Notes under the pieces: generated by a model
Seen by the model: the letters and a program-made list of their open reading frames with translations, nothing else
The model's database searches: none
Told to the model about the DNA's origin: nothing
DNA from: Macrostomum hystrix
Lineage: Eukaryota > Animalia > Platyhelminthes
Length of the DNA stretch: 64,000 bases
Assembly (NCBI GenBank): GCA_950097015.1
Contig: CATNEN010000015.1
Location: 558,001-622,000, forward strand
Reading direction: 5' to 3'
Made by a program: the position numbers and the translations under genes
Shown here: positions 23,582 through 35,100 of the stretch, in pieces
Layout: each line of letters opens with the position of its first letter
Position numbering within the stretch: the stretch's first letter is position 1

Positions 23582-26500
23582 GGTGAGTCTCAGGTTTGAG
23601 GTGAGTCTCAGGGTTGGAGTGAGTCGCAGGTTTGAGGTGAGTCTTAGGGTTGAGGTGAGTCTCAGGGTTGGAGTGAGTCTCAGGTGGGGGTGAGTCTTAG
23701 GGTTGGGGTGAGTCCCAGGCGGAGTGAGTCTCAGGCGGAGTGAGTCTCAGGGTTGGAGTGAGTCTCAGGGTTGGAGTGAGTCTCAGGGATGGGGTGAGTC
23801 TCAGGCGGAGTGAGTCTCAGGGTTGGAGTGAGTCTCAGGGTTGGAGTGAGTCTCAGGGTTGGAGTGAGTCTCAGGGATGGGGTGAGTCTCAGGGTTGGAG
23901 TGAGTCTCAGGGTTGGAGTGAGTCTCAGGGTTGGAGTGAGTCTCAGGGTTGGAGTGAGTCTCAGGGTTGGAGTGAGTCTCAGGGTTGGAGTGAGTCTCAG
24001 GTGGGGGTGAGTCTCAGGGTTGGGGTGAGTCTCAGGTGGGGGTGAGTCTCAGGTGGGGGGTGAGTCTCAGGGTTGGAGTGAGTCTCAGGGTTGGGGTGAG
24101 TCTCAGGGTTGGGGTGAGTCTCAGGGTTGGAGTGAGTCACAGGCGGAGTGAGTCTCAGGGTTGGAGTGAGTCTCAGGGTTGGGGTGAGTCTCAGGGTTGG
24201 AGTGAGTCTCAGGGTTGGAGTGAGTGTCAGGTGGGGGCGAGTCTCAGGTGGGGGGTGAGTCTCAGGGTTGGAGTGAGTCTCAGGCGGAGTGAGTCTCAGG
24301 GTTGGAGTGAGTCTCAGGGTTGGGGTGAGTCTCAGGCGGAGTGAGTCTCAGGGTTGGAGTGAGTCTCAGGGTTGGAGTGAGTCTCAGGGTTGGGGTGAGT
24401 CTCAGGCGGAGTGAGTCTCAGGATTGGGGTGAGTCTCAGGGTTGGGGTGAGTCTCAGGATTGGGGTGAGTCTCAGGGTTGGAGTGAGTCTCAGGGTTGGA
24501 GTGAGTCTCAGGGATGGGGTGAGTCTCAGGGTTGGAGTGAGTCTCAGGGTTGGGGTGAGTCTCAGGGTTGGGGTGAGTCTCAGGGTTGGAGTGAGTCTCA
24601 GGGTTGGGGTGAGTCTCAGGGTTGGGGTGAGTCTCAGGGTTGGAGTGAGTCTCAGGGTTGGAGTGAGTCTCAGGGTTGGAGTGAGTCTCAGGGTTGGGGT
24701 GAGTCTCAGGGTTGGAGTGAGTCTCAGGGTTGGAGTGAGTCTCAGGCGGAGTGAGTCTCAGGGTTGGGGTGAGTCTCAGGTGGGGGTGAGTCTCAGGGTT
24801 GGAGTGAGTGTCAGGTGGGGGTGAGTCTCAGGTGGGGGGTGAGTCTCAGGGTTGGAGTGAGTCTCAGGCGGAGTGAGTCTCAGGGTTGGGGTGAGTCTCA
24901 GGCGGAGTGAGTCTCAGGGTTGGAGTGAGTCTCAGGGTTGGAGTGAGTCTCAGGGTTGGGGTGAGTCTCAGGCGGAGTGAGTCTCAGGGTTGGAGTAAGT
25001 CTCAGGGTTGGAGTCAGTCTCAGGGTTGGGGTGAGTCTCAGGGTTGGGGTGAGTCTCAGGGTTGGGGTGAGTCTCAGGGTTGGGGTGAGTCTCAGGGTTG
25101 GGGTGAGTCTCAGGGTTGGGGTGAGTCTCAGGGTTGGAGTGAGTCTCAGGTTTGGGGTGAGTCTCAGGGTTGGAGTGAGTCTCAGGGTTGGGGTGAGTCT
25201 CAGGGTTGGGGTGAGTCTCAGGGTTGGAGTGAGTCTCAGGGTTGGGGTGAGTCTCAGGGTTGGGGTGAGTCTCAGGGTTGGAGTGAGTCTCAGGGTTGGG
25301 GTGAGTCTCAGGGTTGGGGTGAGTCTCAGGGTTGGGGTGAGTCTCAGTGTTGGGGTGAGTCTCAGGGTTGGGGTGAGTCTCAGGGTTGGGGTGAGTCTCA
25401 GGGTTGGAGTGAGTCTCAGGGTTGGGGTGAGTCTCAGGGTTGGGGTGAGTCTCAGGGTTGGGGTGAGTCTCAGGGTTGGGGTGAGTCTCAGAGTTGAGGT
25501 GAGTCTCAGGGTTGGAGTGAGTCTCAGGGTTGGGGTGAGTCTCAGGGTTGGGGTGAGTCTCAGGGTTGGAGTGAGTCTCAGGGTTGGGGTGAGTCTCAGG
25601 GTTGGGGTGAGTCTCAGGGTTGGGGTGAGTCTCAGGGTTGGGGTGAGTCTCAGGGTTGGGGTGAGTCTCAGGGTTGGGGTGAGTCTCAGGGTTGGGGTGA
25701 GTCTCAGGGTTGGAGTGAGTCTCAGGGTTGGGGTGAGTCTCAGGGTTGGGGTGAGTCTCAGGGTTGGGGTGAGTCTCAGGGTTGGGGTGAGTCTCAGGGT
25801 TGGGGTGAGTCTCAGGGTTGGGGTGAGTCTCAGGGTTGGGGTGAGTCTCAGGGTTGGAGTGAGTCTCAGGGTTGGGGTGAGTCTCAGGGTTGGGGTGAGT
25901 CTCAGGGTTGGGGTGAGTCTCAGGGTTGGAGTGAGTCTCAGGGTTGGGGTGAGTCTCAGGGTTGGGGTGAGTCTCAGGGTTGGAGTGAGTCTCAGGGTTG
26001 GGGTGAGTCTCAGGGTTGGAGTGAGTCTCAGGGTTGGGGTGAGTCTCAGGGTTGGGGTGAGTCTCAGGGTTGGAGTGAGTCTCAGGGTTGGGGTGAGTCT
26101 CAGGGTTGGAGTGAGTCTCAGGGTTGGGGTGAGTCTCAGGGTTGGGGTGAGTCTCAGGGTTGGAGTGAGTCTCAGGGTTGGAGTGAGTCTCAGGGTTGGG
26201 GTGAGTCTCAGGGTTGGAGTGAGTCTCAGGGTTGGGGTGAGTCTCAGGCGGAGTGAGTCTCAGGGTTGGGGTGAGTCTCAGGCGGAGTGAGTCTCAGGGT
26301 TGGGGTGAGTCTCAGGCGGAGTGAGTCTCAGGGTTGGGGTGAGTCTCAGGCGGAGTGAGTCTCAGGCGGAGTGAGTCTCAGGGTTGGAGTGAGTCTCAGG
26401 GTTGGGGTGAGTCTCAGGCGGAGTGAGTCTCAGGCGGAGTGAGTCTCAGGGTTGGGGTGAGTCTCAGGCGGAGTGAGTCTCAGGGTTGGGGTGAGTCTCA

Positions 26501-27097
26501 GGGTTGGAGTGAGTCTCAGGGTTGGGGTGAGTCTCAGGCGGAGTGAGTCTCAGGCGGAGTGAGTCTCAGGGTTGGAGTGAGTCTCAGGGTTGGGGTGAGT
26601 CTCAGGGTTGGGGTGAGTCTCAGGGTTGGGGTGAGTCTCAGGGTTGGGGTGAGTCTCAGGGTTGGGGTGAGTCTCAGGGTTGGAGTGAGTCTCAGGGTTG
26701 GGGTGAGTCTCAGGGTTGGGGTGAGTCTCAGGGTTGGGGTGAGTCTCAGGGTTGGGGTGAGTCTCAGGGTTGGAGTGAGTCTCAGGGTTGGGGTGAGTCT
26801 CAGGGTTGGAGTGAGTCTCAGGGTTGGGGTGAGTCTCAGGGTTGGAGTGAGTCTCAGGGTTGGGGTGAGTCTCAGGGTTGGGGTGAGTCTCAGGGTTGGG
26901 GTGAGTCTCAGGGTTGGGGTGAGTCTCAGGGTTGGAGTGAGTCTCAGGGTTGGGGTGAGTCTCAGGGTTGGAGTGAGTCTCAGGGTTGGGGTGAGTCTCA
27001 GGGTTGGGGTGAGTCTCAGGGTTGGGGTGAGTCTCAGGGTTGGGGTGAGTCTCAGGGTTGGGGTGAGTCTCAGGGTGGGGGTGAGTCTCAGGGTTGG
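23582..27097. repeat. Minisatellite, 18-bp G-rich unit GTGAGTCTCAGGGTTGGR (~190 copies)
   Basis: Largest array in the window; A/G variant at one position and shorter GGCGGA-type units. Confidence 0.98.
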
Positions 27098-27915
27098 AAA
27101 TATGGCAGCTATACCATAATGGCAGCTTGACCCAGACAAAGAATAAATAGTGTTTTGACTTTAAAACTTTTTGCAGCTTTTCTGATATAGAACTTCAAAG
27201 GGCAATTTTCTGGATATGAACTGAAAGTTGTTAGCGAATGTTGTTTGGACAGAGCAGTCTGGCGTACAGGTGCAAAATTAGGGTGATAAAATGGAGTCGA
27301 ATCGATAAAATCGATAAAATCGATAAAATCGGTATAATTTGGAAGAAAAAACGCGTTAATAAACACGGTTAGAAAATAATCAAGAATAAAATATGATCAT
27401 GAACCAGGTTTCATTCAGTACGATGATTTGGTTGCTTTCGCAAAACATCTAGCGCCTCAGAAAAAGTGAGAACGCCGCAAAGCCAATAAATGAAGACACA
27501 GAGTTTTCTGATTGATGTAAATAATGATTTCCGAGGAAGTACATCCCCCAAGACCCGACACAACTCTAAAACTGTTATTCTGGAGTCATTGATCATAGCA
27601 GATAGGCTATGCACACCAGGAGCTGTTGCCCGTAATCATGAACTGTGGTCACATCAAACTACTATTAGTAGACGGATGCGAAAATGTTAAAAACTCGAAA
27701 CTGCAGATTTGTTTTATGAGGCTAAATAGCCATCAGGAATCAGGACAATGCGAAAAGTTGTTTAACAGAGAAAAAAACATCGCGACTAAGAATTATAATG
27801 GCATGAAAGATGAAGTTGGGCGAGTCTCGGATTCATTTGCTCAAATTTCCTGCGTAAAAAGGAAAATCTGTTCGCCTTGTTGTAAACAAATTTGGCGCCG
27901 ATCCAAATTCAGGTC

Positions 27916-29489
27916 TCAGGCTGAAGCCTTGGTCTCGTGCGTCTGGCCGGCGCCCATAATCTTTCCGACCCCGGCCTGGCCGTGGTCATAGTTGCGTTGA
28001 CGCTCGAACTCCACCATGGCCTCCGGCCGGAAGTTCATCACGTAGCCGCGGCGCCAGGCGTCGCTGGAGTTGCCGCGACTGTAGTGCAGCGTGTAGCCCG
28101 AGTGCAGAGTGCAGTCGCCTGGCTGCAGCTCGCACGGCACGCCTTCGGCCTCGGAGCCGTCGCAGGTGAGCACATGGCAGTTTGGCGCAGCTGATCGGTG
28201 CGGCAGGAGGTCGCGCTTGTGGGAGCCGGGCCCGAACCACATGCAGCCATTGTCCAGCCAGGTGGGGTCCACAGCCAGCCAGCAGGACACGGCCCGCTTG
28301 TCCGGCATGTCCAACCAATAAGCGGCGTCCGCGTGCCACGGCGTCGGCGTGTTGGAATGCGGCGGCTTGGCCAGCAGCATGTCGAAGTCGAAGGACATGT
28401 CCGGCCCGAGGATGCGCTGGGCTAGCAGGCGCAGCCGCTGCCTGGCAGGACAGTCATTTGCCAGGCCCTGCGGGGGTTCGAGACAAGCGCAGGTGAGTGT
28501 GGGATGAGATGGGATCAGGAGGGATGGTATGAGATGAAATTAGGTGGGGATAGGATATGATGGGATTAGGTGGGGATCGGGGAGAGATGGGATCAGGTGA
28601 GGAAAGGATATGATGGGATTAGGTGGGGATCGGGGAGAGATGGGATCAAGTGGGGATCGGGGAGAGATGGGATCAGGTGTGGATCGGGGAGAGATGGGAT
28701 CAGGTGGGAATCGGGGAGAGATGGGATCAAGTGGGGATCGGGGAGAGATGGGATCAGGTGTGGATCGGGGAGAGATGGGATCAGGTGGGAATCGGGGAGA
28801 GATGGGATCATGTGGGGATCGGGGAGAGATGGGATCAGGTGTGGATCGGGGAGAGATGGGATCAGGTGTGGATCGGGGAGAGATGGGATCAGGTGGGAAT
28901 CGGGGAAAGATGGGATCAGGTGGGGATCGGGGAGAGATGGGATTAGGTGGGGATCGGGGAGAGATGGGATCAGGTGGGGATCGGGGAGAGATGGGATCAG
29001 GTGGGGATCGGGGAGAGATGGGATCAGGTGGGGATCGGGGAGAGATGGGATCAGGTGGGGATCGGGGAGAGATGGGATCAGGAGGGGATCGGGGAGATAA
29101 GGAGTCAGGTGGGATCGGGAAGAGTGCATTGCTCAGCAGCGCACCTGCACAAACAGGCTGGGCCACATGATCTGGCAGATGTTCTCCTTAAACTTGGCAT
29201 TCTGCACGGCCTGAGTGTTGCCCAGGTCGTGCCGGTGAGTGCTGGCATCGATGCTGCCGGCCAGCATGCGGCTGTACAGCTCGCTCAGCAGGGCCACCTC
29301 CGATGTCGTCAGGACGCCGCGGACAACGGCGTAGCCGTCCGTCTCGAATTTGTTCTTCAGCTCGTCCACAGGCTGAGTGGCGAGCCACTGCTCAGCGCTC
29401 AGACTGTCAGCCGGCCACAGCACCGTGGCCTGGTGGCTTGTGCCCCTGCGCTGCTCTGCTGACAAAGTGGGCCGGTGGAACTGCGACAT
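27916..29489 (-). CDS. Phytanoyl-CoA dioxygenase (PhyH) family 2OG/Fe(II) oxygenase
   Basis: Two exons, 29145-29489 and 27916-28467 (phase 0, CAG|GTGCGC donor). Motifs FETDGYAVVRGVL, TPWHADAAYW (HxD), CWLAVD, NGCMWFGPGSH, GDCTLH, TLHYSRGN and RRGY. Confidence 0.88.
28500..29120. repeat. Minisatellite, 27-bp unit GGGAGAGATGGGATCAGGTGGGGATCG, filling the dioxygenase intron
   Basis: Occupies nearly all of intron 28468-29144. Confidence 0.95.
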
Positions 29490-29631
29490 CTTTTGAGACT
29501 GCGCGCTGCGCTGAGAGCTGCCTGTGGCTGTGGGCGGTCGGGTAGAGTAGGGTCGGTTAGGTGCTGTGCAATACGTATCGGGTAGGCAGAGGGCTTACAA
29601 AATATTCTCACACTCAGTTATTTATATTAAT

Positions 29632-30050
29632 CTTCACTCTATCTCTCACCATCTCACTCCCAATCTTTCACCATCTCACTCCCTATCTCTCATCATCTCA
29701 CTCCCTATCTCTCATCATCTCACTCCCTATCTCTCACCATCTCACTCCCTATCTCTCACCATCTCACTCCCTATCTCTCACCATCTCACTCCCTATCTCT
29801 CACCATCTCACTCCCTATCTCTCACCATCTCACTCCCTATCTCTCATCATCTCACTCCCTATCTCTCACCATCTCACTCCCTATCTCTCACCATCTCACT
29901 CCCTATCTCTCACCATCTCACTCCCTATCTCTCACCATCTCACTCCCTATCTCTCACCATCTCACTCCCTATCTCTCATCATCTCACTCCCTATCTCTCA
30001 CCATCTCACTCCCTATCTCTCACCATCTCACTCCCTATCTCTCACCTCAT
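29632..30050. repeat. Minisatellite, 22-bp unit CTCACTCCCTATCTCTCACCAT
   Basis: About 19 copies, ~140 bp upstream of the dioxygenase ATG. Confidence 0.96.
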
Positions 30051-30604
30051 TAGATAATCATTTTCTTCCCAAAATGAAGAAAAGGAAGACAAAGAGAGAC
30101 TCACGACATCAGTAAGAGGCACAGATGATCAGTGCAGTAATAAATTAGCTATTGGTTAAGTGGGGCTTAATTAAAAGCAATGAAATTTTAGCGAACCCTA
30201 GATCTGCAAATTGAACACAGCAAGTATCACCCCAACTAGGTAGTGTTCAACTGAAGAGCAGTGTCAGGCCTTACAGTTTTATTAGCCTGTTCAGGGCCAG
30301 AGTCAGGGCCAGGGCAGAGCTGCATGTGACACAACTGTGAACTGTTTCACTTAATTTCCACTTGTAGCATAAAACAAGATTGACAACATAAAACTAACGG
30401 GTTTAAATATGACAATAAAACATGCGACAGAAAACTGATGACATTCTGAACATAGCAACAGATTTAATAATAAGCTTGAATTCGATCAAAATGTGATAAG
30501 TGCGCGAGAGCTCAATAAAATATTTCCTTTCTATTTACATTTGAAAGATGCTTGGATAGCAAATATATAAGTGAATATGGTTTAGTAGGTGAACTCAGCT
30601 GAAG

Positions 30605-31730
30605 TATGGGATTTAAGAAACTGGGAGCTGAACAATGGGATTTAAGAAGCTGGGAGCTGAACAATGGGATTTAAGAAGCTGGGAGCTGAAAAATGGGATT
30701 TCAGAAACTGGGAGCTGAACAATGGGATTTAAGAAACTGGGAGCTGAAAAATGGGATTTCAGAAACTGGGAGCTGAACAATGGGATTTAAGAAGCTGGGA
30801 GCTGAACTATGGGATTTAAGAAACTGCATGGGAGCTGAACTATGGGATTTAAGAAACTGGGAGCTGAGCAATGGGATTTAAGGAACTGGGAGCTGAACAA
30901 TGGGATTTAAGAAGCTGGGAGCTGAACTATGGGATTTAAGAAACTGGGAGCTGAAAAATGGGATTTCAGAAACTGGGAGCTGAACAATGGGATTTAAGAA
31001 GCTGGGAGCTGAAAAATGGGATTTCAGAAACTGGGAGCTGAACAATGGGATTTAAGAAACTGGGAGCTGAAAAATGGGATTTCAGAAACTGGGAGCTGAA
31101 CAATGGGATTTAAGAAGCTGGGAGCTGAAAAATGGGATTTCAGAAACTGGGAGCTGAACTATGGGATCTAAGAAACTGGGAGCTGAACAATGGGATTTAA
31201 GAAGCTGGGAGCTGAAAAATGGGATTTCAGAAACTGGGAGCTGAACAATGGGATTTAAGAAGCTGGGAGCTGAAAAATGGGATTTCAGAAACTGGGAGCT
31301 GAACAATGGGATTTAAGAAACTGGGAGCTGAAAAATGGGATTTCAGAAACTGGGAGCTGAACAATGGGATTTAAGAAGCTGGGAGCTGAACTATGGGATT
31401 TCAGAAACTGGGAGCTGAGCAATGGGATTTAAGAAACTGGGAGCTGAACAATGGGATTTAAGAAACTGGGAGCTGAACTATGGGATTTAAGAAACTGCAT
31501 GGGAGCTGAACTATGGGATTTAAGAAGCTGGTAGCTGAACAATGGGATTTAAGAAGCTGGGAGCTGAACAATGGGATTTAAGAAGCTGGGAGCTGAACTA
31601 TGGGATTTAAGAAGCTGGGAGCTGAACAATGGGATTTGAGAAGTTGGGTGCTGGGAGGATTTAAGAAGCTGGGAGCTGAACAATGGGATTTGAGAAGCTG
31701 GGTGCTGGGAGGATTTGAGAAGCTGGGAGC
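30605..31730. repeat. Minisatellite, 29-bp unit TGGGATTTAAGAAGCTGGGAGCTGAACAA
   Basis: About 38 copies, directly downstream of the last large PRDM10 exon. Confidence 0.96.
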
Positions 31731-31734
31731 TTCA

Positions 31735-32077
31735 CTATGAACTCCTTGAACTAGAAGCAGCAGCGGACGGGCGCCGACCCGCGTCTTGGATGGCGCCCTC
31801 CAGCCAGTCGGCATCGTCAGGCGCGGCAGCAGCCGTGTGCTGGGAGGCGGCTGTGAGCTCGTCAACAATTGCCGAAGCGTCAGCGGCTGCGGCCGCGGCG
31901 GCAGCGGAAGCGGATGTGTACAGCACCGGCAGGCTGGAGGTGCTGACTAGCAGGAACTGAACGCTGGGGGCAACGTCCTGCTGCTGCTGCTGTTGCTGAT
32001 CAGCACCACCGCTGCCAGTGAATTCATGAAGCGCCTGAGTCAGCAAGTCTTCAGAATCGTCGTTAATGTGGCAGGGC

Positions 32078-32114
<37 letters not shown>

Positions 32115-35100
32115 GCGGCAGGCCGCTGGCCAGGGCGGCGCGGATTTGAGCTCGAGTCGGAGGCGCCAAGGCCGGGTGAGCTCGGCGCATGTGCCACGTG
32201 AGCTTCTCCTTCTTGGCGTATTGGCGGGGACAGTGCGGGCAGCAGTGAGCCATGCTGATGACCGAGGAGACCGCGGCCGGCTGACCCGCAGCTGACGGAA
32301 CCAGACCATCGGCTGCAACCAGCGAGGCAACAGCTGTAGCGGAGGAAGTCGCTGAGTCACGTGTCGGGGCTGGCAGCGACTGCGGCAGCGGTCGGGAAGC
32401 TCGAAAGTCGATGCCGTGGGCCCGCTGCAGGTGGCTGTGGCGCTGCTGCTCAGAGCGGAACAGGCAGTCGCACACCGGGCAGGGCAGGGTGTGCGGCCGG
32501 CTGCGCACCTGCTGCAGCAGCGGCAGGTTCAACTCGCTGACGCTGCTCAGTGGAATGTCTGGGTGCACCCGCACCTGAGGGTCAGGAGAACGATGGACTG
32601 GGGTGAGACTGGAGGACTGCAATGAGAACAGGGGATCTGGAGTGAGAACAGGGGATCTGGAGTGAGAACAGGGGATCTAGAGTGAGAACGTAGGATCTCG
32701 AGTGAGAACAGGGGATCTGGAGTGAGAACAGGGGATCTAGAGTGAGAACATGGGATCTGGAGTGAGAACATCGGATCTAGAGTGAGAACATGGGATCTCG
32801 AGTGAGAACATGGGATCTGGAGTGAGAACATCGGATCTAGAGTGAGAACACGGGATCTGGAGTGAGAACACCGGATCTAGAGTGAGAACACGGGATCTGG
32901 AATGAGAACATCGGATCTCGAGTGAGAACACGGGATCTGGAATGAGAACATCGGATCTAGAGTGAGAACAGGGGATCTGGAGTGAGAACATCGGATCTAG
33001 AGTGAGAACACGGGATCTGGAATGAGAACATCGGATCTCGAGTGAGAACATCGGATCTGGAGTGAGAACATCGGATCTAGAGTGAGAACACGGGATCTGG
33101 AATGAGAAAGGGATCTGGAGTGAGAACAGGGGATCTGGAGTGAGAACATGGGATCTGGAGTGAGAACATGGGATCTGGAGTGAGAACATCGGATCTAGAG
33201 TGAGAACACGGGATCTGGAGTGAGAACATCGGATCTAGAGTGAGAACACGGGATCTGGAATGAGAACATCGGATCTCGAGTGATAACACGGGATCTGGAA
33301 TGAGAAGGGGATCTGGAGTGAGAACAGGGGATCTGGAGTGAGAACATGGGATCTGGAGTGAGAACATCGGATCTAGAGTGAGAACACGGGATCTGGAATG
33401 AGAAGGGGATCTGGAGTGAGAACAGGGGATCTGGAGTGAGAACACGGGATCTGGAATGAGAAGGGGATCTGGAGTGAGAACAGGGGATCTGGAGTGAGAA
33501 CAGGGGATCTGGAGTGAGAACAGGGGATCTGGAGTGAGAACAGGGGATCTAGAGTGAGAACGTAGGATCTCGAGTGAGAACAGGGGATCTGGAGTGAGAA
33601 CAGGGGATCTAGAGTGAGAACATGGGATCTGGAGTGAGAACATCGGATCTAGAGTGAGAACATGGGATCTCGAGTGAGAACATGGGATCTGGAGTGAGAA
33701 CATCGGATCTAGAGTGAGAACATGGGATCTGGAGTGAGAACACCGGATCTAGAGTGAGAACACGGGATCTGGAATGAGAACATCGGATCTCGAGTGAGAA
33801 CACGGGATCTGGAATGAGAACATCGGATCTAGAGTGAGAACACGGGATCTGGAGTGAGAACATCGGATCTAGAGTGAGAACACGGGATCTGGAATGAGAA
33901 CATCGGATCTCGAGTGAGAACATCGGATCTGGAGTGAGAACATCGGATCTAGAGTGAGAACACGGGATCTGGAATGAGAAGGGGATCTGGAGTGAGAACA
34001 GGGGATCTGGAGTGAGAACATGGGATCTGGAGTGAGAACATGGGATCTGGAGTGAGAACATCGGATCTAGAGTGAGAACACGGGATCTGGAGTGAGAACA
34101 TCGGATCTAGAGTGAGAACACGGGATCTGGAATGAGAACATCGGATCTCGAGTGATAACACGGGATCTGGAATGAGAAGGGGATCTGGAGTGAGAACAGG
34201 GGATCTGGAGTGAGAACATGGGATCTGGAGTGAGAACATCGGATCTAGAGTGAGAACACGGGATCTGGAATGAGAAGGGGATCTGGAGTGAGAACAGGGG
34301 ATCTGGAGTGAGAACACGGGATCTGGAATGAGAAGGGGATCTGGAGTGAGAACAGGGGATCTGGAGTGAGAACAGGGGATCTGGAGTGAGAACAGGGGAT
34401 CTGGAGTGAGAACATGGGGTCTTGATTGAGTACAAGGGATCCAGAATAAAAAAGGGAAATCTGGAATAAAAAGAGGATCAGTGATGAGGAGAAGTAATGA
34501 TAAAATTTGACACATTATGGATCAGAGAACAAGCAGTTGGAGATTCTGACCGGAAAGCAAGAAGGCTGAGGACAGACACAGGTGGTTGAGCTAGAAGTAA
34601 GCTCGCAAGCAAAATGACAACAGTCAGCAGGCCTGACAGCTCCAGGGTTCAGCTTAGAAACTGGCTGGGGTCACGCGAGTAGCAGAATAACAGCCTAGTT
34701 CATAGTTTAGATAAGACAATCAAAGCTGCATATTCGGCCACACTTAGCAGACACAGAAACCAGCAGGTCAGGTCAAAGATAATTGTTACCTGACCTGACC
34801 TGCTAACGGTAGAAAATTCATATCGGGGTGTAAGCGGAACTGTGCAATATTGCAATGCAATCTCGGCCTTTTTCTCCTCCGAAGCGGCAGCCACTAACCA
34901 TGTGGTTGACAAGGACGCCGCGCCGCTTGAATCCCAGGCTGCAGTCGCGGCACTTGTAGATGAATCTCTCAAAGTCGGTGGACGGCACCTGCGGCACGCA
35001 CTTCGGCTTCTTCGGCCGGCCTGCGGCCCGACAGCCGTTGACATCGCCGACTGCACCGCCCTTGCACCGGCCCAGCCGGATGTGCGCCGTCAGCTTGTCC

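Noticed and set aside
23740-27139. VSLRVG, SESQGW and LRLTPT repeat ORFs
   Set aside because: Stop-free 18-bp minisatellite; frames switch at indel units and have no unique N- or C-terminal coding context.
27130-27900. AT-rich stretch with (ATCGATAAA)3 and short ORFs, possible transposon relic
   Set aside because: No recognisable catalytic motif or termini.
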